Source: Histomonas meleagridis 2922-C6/04-290x
Lineage: Eukaryota > Protista > Parabasalia
Direction of reading: 5' to 3'
Assembly: GCA_020184695.1 (NCBI GenBank)
Contig: JAANOX010000074.1
Location: 1 to 64,000, forward strand
Length of the DNA: 64,000 nucleotides
Positions 1 through 11,800 of this stretch are shown piece after piece. Position numbers and translations under genes: made by a program. The notes beneath the pieces were generated by a model. It worked only from the letters and a program-made list of their open reading frames with translations. It ran no database searches and was not told the DNA's origin. Within the stretch, counting starts at the first letter, position 1; every line of letters starts with the position of its first letter.

Positions 1-3000
1 CAACATGATCGTTATGTAATATCACGAACTACGCAATCTTTTTTATTTGGTGATACTGAATCTGGGAAAATATGCGAATTATCTGCTTCATTAACTGATT
101 CTGATGTTATAAAAGAGAAGTTTATCTTTATTGATGATATTGCAGTATTAGTTTGGAATTTAGGAGAATTAATTATAATCGAATTTGGTAAAAGTTTACC
201 ATTAACTACAATATCTACACAATATGCAAGTCCTTATTTACTATCATTATGTTTTAATTCTAAAATAGGGAAAAATAACTCGAAAATCATTGCGTATTTA
301 ATAGATTCTAAAACAATTCGAATTATGAATTTAGAATCAATGTTAAATATAGCAAACATTCAAATTAATAATAAAATTGATTTCCTTGAATTAAATATTA
401 CTGGTACAATGATATTATTTAGAGATTCGAAACGTTCACTTTATTTATATAATTTAACAACAAAATCTTTAAGTAGTTTAATTAATTCTTGCGTTTATGC
501 TCAATGGGTACCACAAGGGAATGTAATTGTAGCACAAAGTAAGAAAACTCTTTATGTATGGTATTCACCTACATCACCAGATGAAGTTAAAACTTATGAA
601 ATTGATGGTGATGTTGTAGATATTATACGAAAAGGTATAAAGACTTCAGTTATAATACAAAACAATGGAAACACACAAAATTTCCCATTAGATGGAACAT
701 TTATAGCATTTTCATCAGCAATGGAAAACAATGAATTATTAAAAGCTGCAAAAATCTTATTAAAAATGGAGAACAAAAATGATTTTAATTCATTATGGGA
801 AGAATTAGCTAATATATCAATGTTAAATCATGATTATTTCATAGCTGAAATCTCATATTCTAATTTAGGTAATTTACCTAAATCAAGATTCTTACATAAG
901 ATTAATAAATTAATTAAAAAATATGGAATTAATGATTATAATGTTCAAGCTAAAATTGCAATGTTACAAAGTAATTTTAAACAAGCTGAATATTGTTATA
1001 TAGAACATGATCAATTAAATGAAGCAATTAATATGTATAAAACAATGCATATGTGGAATGAATTATTTGATTTAGTAGAAACTCGTTGTCCTTCTAAATC
1101 AAATGAATTACGTGAAGAATATTTCAAACATTTAATATCTACTGGACAATATCAAATTGCTGCGCGATTAAAAGTTCGTTTTGGTGAAATTAATGAAGCT
1201 ATTGATTTATGTTTACAAGGAGATAAACCTCAATTAGCAGCTGATATATTATTAAATTCATCGAATAATGATAAAGTTAATCCACAAATATTAAATCAAG
1301 TTGCAAACTCATTAATTAAATCAAATAAATTCGATTACGCAGGACAAATCTTTGAGAAACTTGGTAAAGTTAAAGAGGCATTAGAAGCATATCGTAAAGG
1401 TCATTCATATTATCGCGCATTAGAATTATCGAAAGTATCAAGTCCTGAAACAGTAATAGAAATAGAAAAAGAATGGGCTGATTATTTAGTATCACAAGGA
1501 CAAAATGATGTGGCGATTCAACATTATATTGAAAGTGGTGATTATTCATTAGCGTTAAATTGTAGTTTAAGATCACAACAATGGAATCAAGCAGCGAACA
1601 TATTACAATCAATAGCATCTAATGTTCAATTACGACAAGAACTTAAATTACAATATTTACGTGTTGGCCGATATTTTGCTTCAATTAATGATGTTAATAC
1701 AGCTGAAGATTTATTTTTAACTGTTGACGCACATAAAGAATTAATCGAATTATATTTAACACATAATAAAATTGATGAAGCTTTACGAATTGGTAAGAAA
1801 CAATTTAAATATAATCAAATGGAACAAATCTTTATAGAAACAGCCAAGAAATTAGAAAAGAAATCACAAACAAGAAAAACGGCCGAAAACATTTATGTTT
1901 CAATTAATAAGCCTGAATTAGCAATTGAAATGTATCAAAAAATCGGCGATAATTCGAATGTTTTAAGATTAACAAACAAGTTTAGTAATGATAAAAGTCA
2001 ATTAATTACATTAGCTCAACAATCTGAAAGAGATGGCCGATTAACAGATGCCGAATCTTATTATATACGTTCAGGCGAATGGGAGAAAGCATTATTTATG
2101 TATGAGCAAGAAAAGAAATGGAAAGATGCATTACGTGTAGCCAAACAAAATGGCACAAAAGAATCGGAAATTAAAGTCGCAGCACATTGGGCTATCGATA
2201 ATGGCGGACAATCAGGTGTTAACTTATTACAAAAGCTTAAACTTGTTAATGAAGTCTTAATATATTCATGTGAAAATGGATTAAATGAATTAGCGCAAAA
2301 CATTATGCAATATTGTAAGGCATTAAATCAAAACACATTAAAACAAGCGCATATGAAATTCGCTGTTAATTTAGAAGCGCAAGGTAAATTAAAAGAAGCA
2401 GAAGAACATTATCTATTAGCTGATCAACCACGTGAAGTAATCGAAATGTATATACATAATAATATGTATTCAGATGCACAAAAAATTGCATTAAAATATG
2501 GTATTAATGATATACCTATAAATAATAACACAAAATCATTAAAGAAATCGTTAGATAATAATAACAGTAATAAACTTGAAATCGCTGTTAAATTAGAACA
2601 AAATGGAAAATATGATGAAGCTATTGATACTTATTTATCTTTAACACCTGACGATTGTGGTGGGTTAGCTCAATATGATCAAGTATTAGAACGCGTTGTT
2701 AAAATCACTTTAACATTTCGACAAAATCGTTTGGCTGATGTAGTGAATGAAGTTGCACAAATACTTCTTAACGAGAAAAGACATGCTTCTTTAGCAAAGA
2801 TATTAGAAGGTATCGAATTATACCCAGATGCCTTCGAAATTTATAAGGCTGGCGGAATGTGGGATGACGCTGCTCGTTTGTCAGGTTATTTGGAACCCGA
2901 CGAACAAAAACAATTCCAAATCGAATATCAGCAGTATTTGGCACAGAACCAAAACACAAGCGGTTTGATTGAAATCGGGCAGATCGATAAAGCATTGAAT

Positions 3001-3948
3001 ATTCTGGCTCAAAAAGGCGATTGGCAAACGTGCTTAAGTAATGCACAGAAAGAAGGAGAACAATATTTAGAAAAATATACAATGTTATATGCACAAGAAT
3101 TAATTAACCAGGAGAAGTATTATGAAGCAATATCAATATTGGCAAAATATTCTCCAAGTGCTAATTCAAATAATATCCCATCTTATATAATCTTGTGTCA
3201 AACAATCATTTATAACGTGCCTAATTATGATGAAATTAATAACTCGTTTTATTTGTTACGACAAATGTTCTTTAAGATATTAAATAATTATTCTGCAAAT
3301 AACTCAAATTATAACAAATTAAAACATTTCACATACGCTATACACTTATTATGTCAACAAGATACATGTCAAAAATACCAATTAAATCAGATTTATTCAA
3401 ATGTTGTTTTGTCATTATTAAGATATTGCGATGTATTACCAGCAGATTTCTTGTTTTTCAAAGCGGGTAATACAATGGAAAGACAAAACAATTTGGAAGC
3501 TGCTTTAGTTTTTTATAATACTTTTGTTGATATTGTTGAAGTTATTAATACTGGAGATATTTCAAATAGTGATGGAATTGACCACAGTAAATATGACCAA
3601 ACTGACATACCGAAAGAATTCTGTTTAAGGAAAAATGTTTCGATCAATTCAGATGATCTAAATCATGCAAATGATTTGGTTTTGGAAAAGGCAGTAAGTG
3701 GTGAATATGAACCTAAATTACCTTTGACAAAATGTCCAAAATGCGGGAAAAATATTTTTGTTGCATGTTTATCTTGTGTATATTGTAAATCAAATTTCGA
3801 ATGTTGTTGTATTACGGGTTTGCCGGTCATTAACCCGACAAGATGTACTGCATGCGGTGCTGTAGCGAACAGAAGTGATTGGGGTAAATATATTGCAAAA
3901 GTTGGAAGATGTCCTTGTTGTAATTCGCCTCAAACCGCTGGCGCATAA
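1..3948 (+). CDS. IFT172: Intraflagellar transport protein 172 (5' end outside window)
   Basis: Frame is open from base 1 (QHDRYVISRTTQ...IIAYLIDSKTIRIMNLES) into the 1207-aa ORF. IFT172-like motifs (YAQWVPQGNVIVAQS, AHMKFAVNLEAQGKLKEAEEHY, KYDQTDIPKEF) and TPR-like solenoid. Confidence 0.9.
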   Translation, partial: QHDRYVISRTTQSFLFGDTESGKICELSASLTDSDVIKEKFIFIDDIAVLVWNLGELIIIEFGKSLPLTTISTQYASPYLLSLCFNSKIGKNNSKIIAYLIDSKTIRIMNLESMLNIANIQINNKIDFLELNITGTMILFRDSKRSLYLYNLTTKSLSSLINSCVYAQWVPQGNVIVAQSKKTLYVWYSPTSPDEVKTYEIDGDVVDIIRKGIKTSVIIQNNGNTQNFPLDGTFIAFSSAMENNELLKAAKILLKMENKNDFNSLWEELANISMLNHDYFIAEISYSNLGNLPKSRFLHKINKLIKKYGINDYNVQAKIAMLQSNFKQAEYCYIEHDQLNEAINMYKTMHMWNELFDLVETRCPSKSNELREEYFKHLISTGQYQIAARLKVRFGEINEAIDLCLQGDKPQLAADILLNSSNNDKVNPQILNQVANSLIKSNKFDYAGQIFEKLGKVKEALEAYRKGHSYYRALELSKVSSPETVIEIEKEWADYLVSQGQNDVAIQHYIESGDYSLALNCSLRSQQWNQAANILQSIASNVQLRQELKLQYLRVGRYFASINDVNTAEDLFLTVDAHKELIELYLTHNKIDEALRIGKKQFKYNQMEQIFIETAKKLEKKSQTRKTAENIYVSINKPELAIEMYQKIGDNSNVLRLTNKFSNDKSQLITLAQQSERDGRLTDAESYYIRSGEWEKALFMYEQEKKWKDALRVAKQNGTKESEIKVAAHWAIDNGGQSGVNLLQKLKLVNEVLIYSCENGLNELAQNIMQYCKALNQNTLKQAHMKFAVNLEAQGKLKEAEEHYLLADQPREVIEMYIHNNMYSDAQKIALKYGINDIPINNNTKSLKKSLDNNNSNKLEIAVKLEQNGKYDEAIDTYLSLTPDDCGGLAQYDQVLERVVKITLTFRQNRLADVVNEVAQILLNEKRHASLAKILEGIELYPDAFEIYKAGGMWDDAARLSGYLEPDEQKQFQIEYQQYLAQNQNTSGLIEIGQIDKALNILAQKGDWQTCLSNAQKEGEQYLEKYTMLYAQELINQEKYYEAISILAKYSPSANSNNIPSYIILCQTIIYNVPNYDEINNSFYLLRQMFFKILNNYSANNSNYNKLKHFTYAIHLLCQQDTCQKYQLNQIYSNVVLSLLRYCDVLPADFLFFKAGNTMERQNNLEAALVFYNTFVDIVEVINTGDISNSDGIDHSKYDQTDIPKEFCLRKNVSINSDDLNHANDLVLEKAVSGEYEPKLPLTKCPKCGKNIFVACLSCVYCKSNFECCCITGLPVINPTRCTACGAVANRSDWGKYIAKVGRCPCCNSPQTAGA

Positions 3949-4147
3949 TTTTGATGTAAAAAGTAAACATTTGAAATTTCATGCAAAGAAAGAAATTGTT
4001 TTAAATCATTTGATTCTTTTATTTGAAATTCATAATTTAGAAATTGTCTTCTGGAAATAAAATTTTATGATGATATCAATGTGTATATGAATTCCTTCAT
4101 TTGTAAAATGTTGTTTTCGGTGACCAGATAATAACTGAAAAAGTCAA

Positions 4148-5629
4148 ATGTCTTCAAGCGAGGGTTCAGATCTCCCCACTTCAATAAACTTAGATTCTGG
4201 ACGTCCTGGTATCCGTGACATAAACATTAAAACAGCTAGAAGAATATTATCAAATATTTTCCCAAAAAAATCAAAGCCTTTAAATTTAGATGCAACTGAT
4301 GCCGTTGCTGTTCTATTTTTCACAGCTATTGGTATGCTCACACGTGTATTTAGAATACAATTTCCTAACTGCGTAGTTTTTGATGAATTTCATTTTGGAA
4401 GTTTTACTAATTATTATATTAAAGGAGAATATTTCTTTGATATCCATCCACCTCTCGCCAAACTCATTATGGCTGGTGTAGCCAAATATGCAGGTTATGA
4501 TGGTAGTTTTAATTTTGGAGAAATAGGAGATAATCGTTATCCTTCTATGATATATGTTTCCCTTCGAATGACACCAGCTTTCTTTGGTGGTCTTTGTGTT
4601 CCGTTATCATATATAATTATGCGTACTATAGGGTGTTCACATTTTACATCGTTTGTAGGTGCAGCATTAGTTACATCTGACCTTATGCTTATAGTTGAAG
4701 CACGTCATATTCTTAGTGATGGTATTTTACATTTCTTTTCATGTTTAGCAATTTTTTCAATTTATTTATTTGATCGTTATCCCAATCTTTTCTGTCTAAT
4801 TTTCGAAGGCATATGTCTTGGTTGTGTAGCTTCCTGTAAATACACGTCAGGAGGCATTGTCTTACTTTCTCTTCTTCACCAATTTCGCGTCAAAGAATTC
4901 AGAACAATTCAATTCTACAGTTCAATTTTCAGATGTATCGTTCTTGTTTTATTAGTTGGTATAATACATTTAATATGTTATACAATTCATTTATCAGTTT
5001 TACCATATTTACCAAATTCTGATTTAGATATTCCAAGTTATGTTCGTACTGGGTTAGTAAATCGAACTAATCCAAATTGGGAACAACGTCATTCTGCGTC
5101 ACCACTTTTCATACGTATTATATCATTAATTCTTCAAATGCATCGCACGAATATGAATGTCGGTAATACACATCCTTATGCGTCTAAATGGTATACGTGG
5201 CCATTGTTCACAAGTAAATGGGTATTGTATTGGACGCAAAATGGTAAACATATAATGTGTATGGGCAATGTGTTGTTGTGGTATCCTGTTTTTATAGGTA
5301 TTGTTTTAAATCTTTTGAGATGTGCTTTGAGAAAAGACTTCGATAGTATAACGTTTTCGTTGTTGATGGGTTATTTGTTTTCGTATTTGCCGTTTTCGTT
5401 GATTAAAAGAGATATGTTTTTGTATCATTATGCAATTCCTTTGTTGTTTGGTATTTATAACTTATGTAATATAATAGAAAAAGAATTGCCACCGAAAATT
5501 AGAGGCTTTATGCTATGCGCTGTGATGACAGCTGCTTTGTTTGGTTATTTCTTGTGGAATCCGTGGGTATACGGATTGACAACTCCAGACTTCAATTTCT
5601 TGGTTTGGAATAACAAATGGCGTGGATGA
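4148..5629 (+). CDS. PMT-family (dolichyl-phosphate-sugar:protein) O-glycosyltransferase, no MIR domain
   Basis: VVFDEFHFGSFTNYY, FFDIHPPLAKL, HPYASKWYTWP and FLYHYAIP motifs; multiple TM segments; 493 aa. Confidence 0.88.
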   Translation: MSSSEGSDLPTSINLDSGRPGIRDINIKTARRILSNIFPKKSKPLNLDATDAVAVLFFTAIGMLTRVFRIQFPNCVVFDEFHFGSFTNYYIKGEYFFDIHPPLAKLIMAGVAKYAGYDGSFNFGEIGDNRYPSMIYVSLRMTPAFFGGLCVPLSYIIMRTIGCSHFTSFVGAALVTSDLMLIVEARHILSDGILHFFSCLAIFSIYLFDRYPNLFCLIFEGICLGCVASCKYTSGGIVLLSLLHQFRVKEFRTIQFYSSIFRCIVLVLLVGIIHLICYTIHLSVLPYLPNSDLDIPSYVRTGLVNRTNPNWEQRHSASPLFIRIISLILQMHRTNMNVGNTHPYASKWYTWPLFTSKWVLYWTQNGKHIMCMGNVLLWYPVFIGIVLNLLRCALRKDFDSITFSLLMGYLFSYLPFSLIKRDMFLYHYAIPLLFGIYNLCNIIEKELPPKIRGFMLCAVMTAALFGYFLWNPWVYGLTTPDFNFLVWNNKWRG

Positions 5630-5841
5630 AGATAAATGAAATAATTGAAAAAGTAAAAATATATTTTTGTTATTTTATTGAAAAATATTTTTCTCTGAAA
5701 TAAACTTTCACTTACTAATAATTTTCTGAACTTTTTTTCTTTTATCTAAAAGAAAATCCAAAAAATTTTTATTTACTTTAATTTTTATGAATTTTTTTAA
5801 GACTTATTAAATGAAAAAAAAAAAATATTAATATTTATAAA

Positions 5842-8800
5842 TTATTGTTCAAATGGAAATGCATTCGGAAGTTCAAACGGCAAAAATATCAGTTCGTTAC
5901 TATCATCCAACAACACGAAACACTTTAAAATGCTGTTGTAGCAAATTCCGACAATTTTCTTATTTTCTTCTTTACATAAGAAGGAAACAATCGCAGGCTC
6001 AATCACTTCGAACACTCCGAAGTCGCCGTTTTCGTTTTGGACGCAAATGTAATCGAATCCGTCGACAGACGAAATCTTAAACCAATTCATAATTTTATAT
6101 GAAATTGAAATTTTTTGGATCAAATTTCCATTTATGTTCAAAACAATTAAATGTTTATCAGTTCGTATTACTATGAAGCCCCAACAATCAGTGATTATAA
6201 TATCTTCGGCGAGTTCTCCATTTAAATCGAATGTTGTAACATCAGAACCATTTTCACTATTAATGATATGAATCAAACAATCGAAAGTACCAAACGCGAT
6301 AACATGAAATATGTTATTTAATTCGATACAAGAAATTTGTGATTTCGCTCTATAAATTATATTCGGAACATTATTATCTAATAAATTATATAAATAAATG
6401 TTATAATTTTTACTATAAATTAATGTATTATTCGAATGATTTATTATCGAATAATTTAACAAAAAAGTTTTTTTAAGTCCATTTTTATTATATATATTAA
6501 TTTCATTATTTTTTATTATTATCAAAGAATCATTTAATAGAAAATATTTCGAATCTTTAGATATAAAAACAGATTTAAATTTCGAAAGTTTTTGTAATCT
6601 ATTATTTAATAAAGAAAAGAAACGAATTGTATTCATATTCGTAATTATGATTAAAATGATTTCATTATTATTATTATTTGGGATTATGAATGATTTAATA
6701 ATTTTCTTTCTTAAGTTTAAATGATATTGTAAACGTTTAATAGACTTAGAAACGAATTTATTTCCATGTAATTTATTAAACAAAATTTTATGCATTAAAG
6801 GTTTCGAATTTATACCAAAAACAGAATCAATCCAATTCGGTAATTGTGAAGATATCTCAGAAGATTCGAGAATTTTACGATGCATATACACAAAATGAAA
6901 CATTGTCGGAGCCCATTTCGGTAATTTGCCTTTAATTATTTCGGGCATATAAAAATATTCGGGCGCTAACGATTTATCATTTATTACATTCTCAATATCA
7001 ATTGAATGTAAATCAATTTTCGGATTTGATATTGAAGCTTTAATATTCGTTTTAGGTTTATAGACATCAAATGATGAAATTACTGATGGAAATATTGGAT
7101 ATATATCAGGATTGTTTAATGTACGTCCTGAAAACAAATTTAATAACATAATATATTCGAAATTAGATTGTAATGAACGTGTCCAATTTTGGAAAAATTG
7201 TTTTGGTGTTATATTTATTAATTGACAAATCTTTTTAGTCGAAGTTGGTGAAAAATCAATTAAAAATGATTTTCCTGACTTACAAAATATCTCTAGAAAA
7301 GAAGGCTGAGCTTTCTTTAATATCATTTCAATGTCTTTTATTTGGATAATATCACAATTAAATTTATGTAAAAGTTGAATCTTTTGTGAGTCCAAAATAA
7401 ATTTACATTCTTTAATTGTTGAGAATGTATATAATATACATTTTTGTTCATATATTATATTATTATTCTCATCAAATTGATAATGTTGATGGAAATTCTT
7501 TAATTTAAGTTTTGGTTGTGTGTAATATTGACAAAATGTATAATCTCTAAGTAATGTGGAATTAGTTTTAATAATTTTAGAATTGTTTTGGAATTTCATT
7601 AAGTTAATTGTTGATGCAATTTTTTCTGTTTGAAGTTTCTCAAGAAAATGTTTTGCGAAATTAATTTTTCGTATTGTTTCTGCTTTAAAATCTTCGAAAT
7701 TTGTCACGAATTTAGTTCGAAAGGTATTAAACATTTGATCGATGATTTGATCAATTTCATTTATGAATTTAATTTCTTGTGAATTATTTTTATTAAGTAA
7801 AAACTCAATTATCATTTGGATGTTTAAAGTTTTATTTGTTTGTTTTTGTTGTGCAAATTGTAAACATAATCTCATTAAGTTTATATCTTTATAAGTTTTG
7901 TTTTCTGTTAAAGTTAATTGAAATTTATGTTTTAATTGATTAATATCATATTGTGTTATATTATAAAGTTGTTCAATGTTATTAAAAACAAATAAATTAT
8001 TTTGTTTTTGATCATTTTTAATTATTTCATCACAAAACAAAGAATTATTATATTCTTTAATTAATTCATTTGTATAATTTGTTGAATATAAATGAAAGAA
8101 AACATTCTCGGCACAATTTATACAACATTCTTGTGATAACGAAGTTTGTTTTTTATTAATTATAGCAAAAATATTATTTAAGAACTTATAAATTAAATCA
8201 TTGTTATTCGAAAATAATGATAAAAAATTAACAATTTTTGATATACTATTCATTTCATTAATAGCAAAATGTGCTAAGAATATACAAACATGATGTTTAT
8301 ATATTTCATCTACATTAAAACATAAAGTTATTGGCCATACAAACCAATCTTTACATAAATAAATATCTTTATTAATTAATTTCGGCAATTTTTCCGAAAT
8401 TTTTTCTTTGCTTTCTTTTGATATTTCATTAGCTAATATACATAATAATATATAAAGATTTGGATAAAGTTTAATTTTCGTTAACAATGAATTAAATAAT
8501 TGTTTTTTAATATTATTATTAATCATATCATAAATTACATAACTATAAGTATGGAATAAATTTGGTACTAATTCATGAATTGTTATTATTAATGGTTCAT
8601 AAATATCTGAATCAGAAAACTCTAATAATTTAAATAATGGAACAATTTGATTTGAAATTGTTGGAATTGTTTTTAATTTAGATGAAATTATATTAATGAT
8701 ATCAAGTAATGAAAATATTTGTTCTTTTATAGTACAAGAAGCACATTCTTGGAATAAGTCAATTATATCATTATCATCCAAATAAATTAATGCAAGTTTC

Positions 8801-11800
8801 TTTAATATGATAATATATAATTTCTTAATATTATCATTAAATTTAGAATAATTATTTAAATAATCACTTAAAAATAACTTAAAATATGATTTATTTTTTA
8901 AATGTTTTAAATTCTGTGGTATAATTTCAATGGAATATAAAAGTAATATTTTAGAAAACGTAGTTATATTACTTTGTGACCATAAAAGACAATTAAATAT
9001 TAATTGATCGAACCATTCGATTTTAAGGTTTTCATATGTTATTACATCATAAATCATTAATAATGAATGGAATAAATAATAATCTAAAAGTTCAGGTGAA
9101 TTTAATAAATATTGATATAATTCTTTTGTATATTCAAATGTTAATTGTGCTTCTTCATTATAAATTAATAATTCTTTTAATATAGTGAATACACATCGTG
9201 AAGTTTCTTTTGTAATATTTTTAGGTTCTTTAAAGAATTCGATAAATGTTTTAATACATTTACATTCTATAATTGCTAAAGGTAATGATTTAATTGAATG
9301 GATTTCATTATTAGTTTTAATTGTTTGTAAATCAAAAATATAATTATTACTTAAATTTGATTCTTTAAAGTTTTTAACATTATAACTTTCCGGATAAATT
9401 TTTATATCACCAATTAATCCAAAAATTCGATTTTTATATTTATTTTCTTTATTATTTACATTAATACCACCAATTATTAAATTAATGTTATTTTTCAAAT
9501 GAATTGGACAAAAATCAGAATCAGCTTTTAAATTATTATTTAAAAACGTTGTTAAAGTTACAGAGTTTTCATTAACTGTTTTTACATTTATCATTACTGT
9601 TGTCCATTTATCCCAACGAAAACAATCACAAAGTCGAACAATTGTTCTTAAACTTGAATACTCATATTTTGCATATAAAGAGTTTAAACATAAAAACAAT
9701 GAAAACGATGTATTATTAGAACTTTCTAATGAAAGAACTTGTATAAGAGAATTATTTAATGATAATATATTAGTGTCAACTTTTAATATGAATTTTATTA
9801 AAAACCCATTATTATTATTAAAACAATTCTTTGGTAATGTTGTTTGATAAATCGGTTCATTTTTACCAATTGGATAATAAATTTTTGGGTTAATATTACT
9901 TTCAATTAATGTTGACGTCAAAAAGTTTAAATAAGTTTTTATATATTTCGATTTAACTGCTGAAAATATTAATGAACAAAATTCTGATGCTGATGGATAA
10001 TTAGAGATAACATCACATATTAATGAAAGAAATGGAAATATTAATGTCTCATAATATGTATCAGGTAAAATTAATTGGATTTTACATCCACAGAAGAAAA
10101 ATTCGCATTTTTCTTTTTGTGATTCAATGATTTTTAACATAAATAAATCAAATGAACCTTCATGAAATGCCATAATATTATGTAATGAATATTTAGCTAA
10201 TTTATAAAAATGTTTTAATATTTTTGGAAACATTTTTGTGATTCCATAAATAGAACTAATTAATGTAATAAATGAAGGCGTTTCTATAGGATATAAATCA
10301 TCAAATGTTGTTAAAGTAGAACCATTAATTAAATTCATGAAATTTGGTAATAATTTAATTTTAGTTTCTTCTTCAAATTCATTAAATATGTTAAAAATTG
10401 ATTTAAATTCCAAAAAATTAAGTTGATAATTTAATGTAATTCTTGAAACATATGATAAAATTGTTAATTCTGAAGCGATAACAGATATATCAGGTGTTTT
10501 AAATATGAATTCTAATATATATTTAGATAAAGGTTTTAATGCATAAGTGAAAATTGGATTTGATTTCATTATTTCTATAAATGATGAAGATATTAAACGA
10601 ATAATTTTTAAATAATTTTCATCATCATTAAATTGTATACATTTTTTAATTATAAATTTGAAAAAATTAATAAATGGATTTAATTTATCAATTTCTTTCT
10701 TCTTAAATTTTGATGAAATACTTAATTCTTTTATAATCTCAAATATTATATTCGATAATTCATCTTCCATGAAATAAGGAAAGAATAAATTAACAAAAGC
10801 TTCTGATGAAATACATTTTTTAGGATTTCTTCTTGAGATTATACACACAAACAAAAAAATCGTATTTCTTGCTTCAATTATTAACTTATTATTATTTTCG
10901 ATATTCATTTTTTGTAATTTAAATGAAGTTCCTAAAATACTTGCTAAAATAGAATCATCCAAAAAGTAATCAAATATATTATTATCATTTATACATAAAT
11001 AAATTCTTCCAATTGTTTCCGCAAATAAAATTGGCTTTTGTTCCATCTTAAAAAACAAATTTGGTATTAATGTAATTTTATCATGAATTAATTTTTTAAT
11101 AATATCATTTCGAAATTGATTAATGATTGGATCAATTGAATCATTAAACAAATTCATTTTATAATCAAAAATTATCGATTGAATAATCAAATCGAAAAAT
11201 GATTCTGATAAATTAGGAAAATCCCAAATAATTTGAAGTATAACTTCAATGAAATCTAAATTATTTAAATTATTTGAAAATTCTTCATAAAGTGATTTTT
11301 TAAGTGCATCGAATTGTTGTTCATTTAATGTTTTCATTGTTTTAGATAATAAATTTGTAGCTCTTTGTACTTCTTCTGATAACATTAAAAAAAGATTTAT
11401 TTGTTTCCCATAAAATGATAAATTTAATTGTCGTAAACCATTTGGAAATGAAGAAAATTTCTTTTTAACATATACATAATCAAATGCATATGTTGGTTGA
11501 TTATATATTAATGAACAATCATCAGTTATTTCTTTTTGTGTTATGTTTAATGATTGTGGAAATTTGGAAATATATTCCAACAAATATTTCGGAAAATTTG
11601 TTATTTCATTTATTAAAAATTTCGTTTCTTTGTAGTTTGACATTGGCTTAATGATCATAAATGCATCTTTATTAAATTCTTTAAAATATGGTCGAATTAT
11701 TTTAAAGATTTGTGATAAGTCTTGATCATTGAAAATTTGACTTCGATTCGTTAAAAGTTTTTCAATGAGCTCAAGAATATTTTTGGACCATTGTGGACAT

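Noticed and set aside
5853-6080. 75-aa plus-strand ORF
   Set aside because: Antisense to the BEACH gene 3' end.
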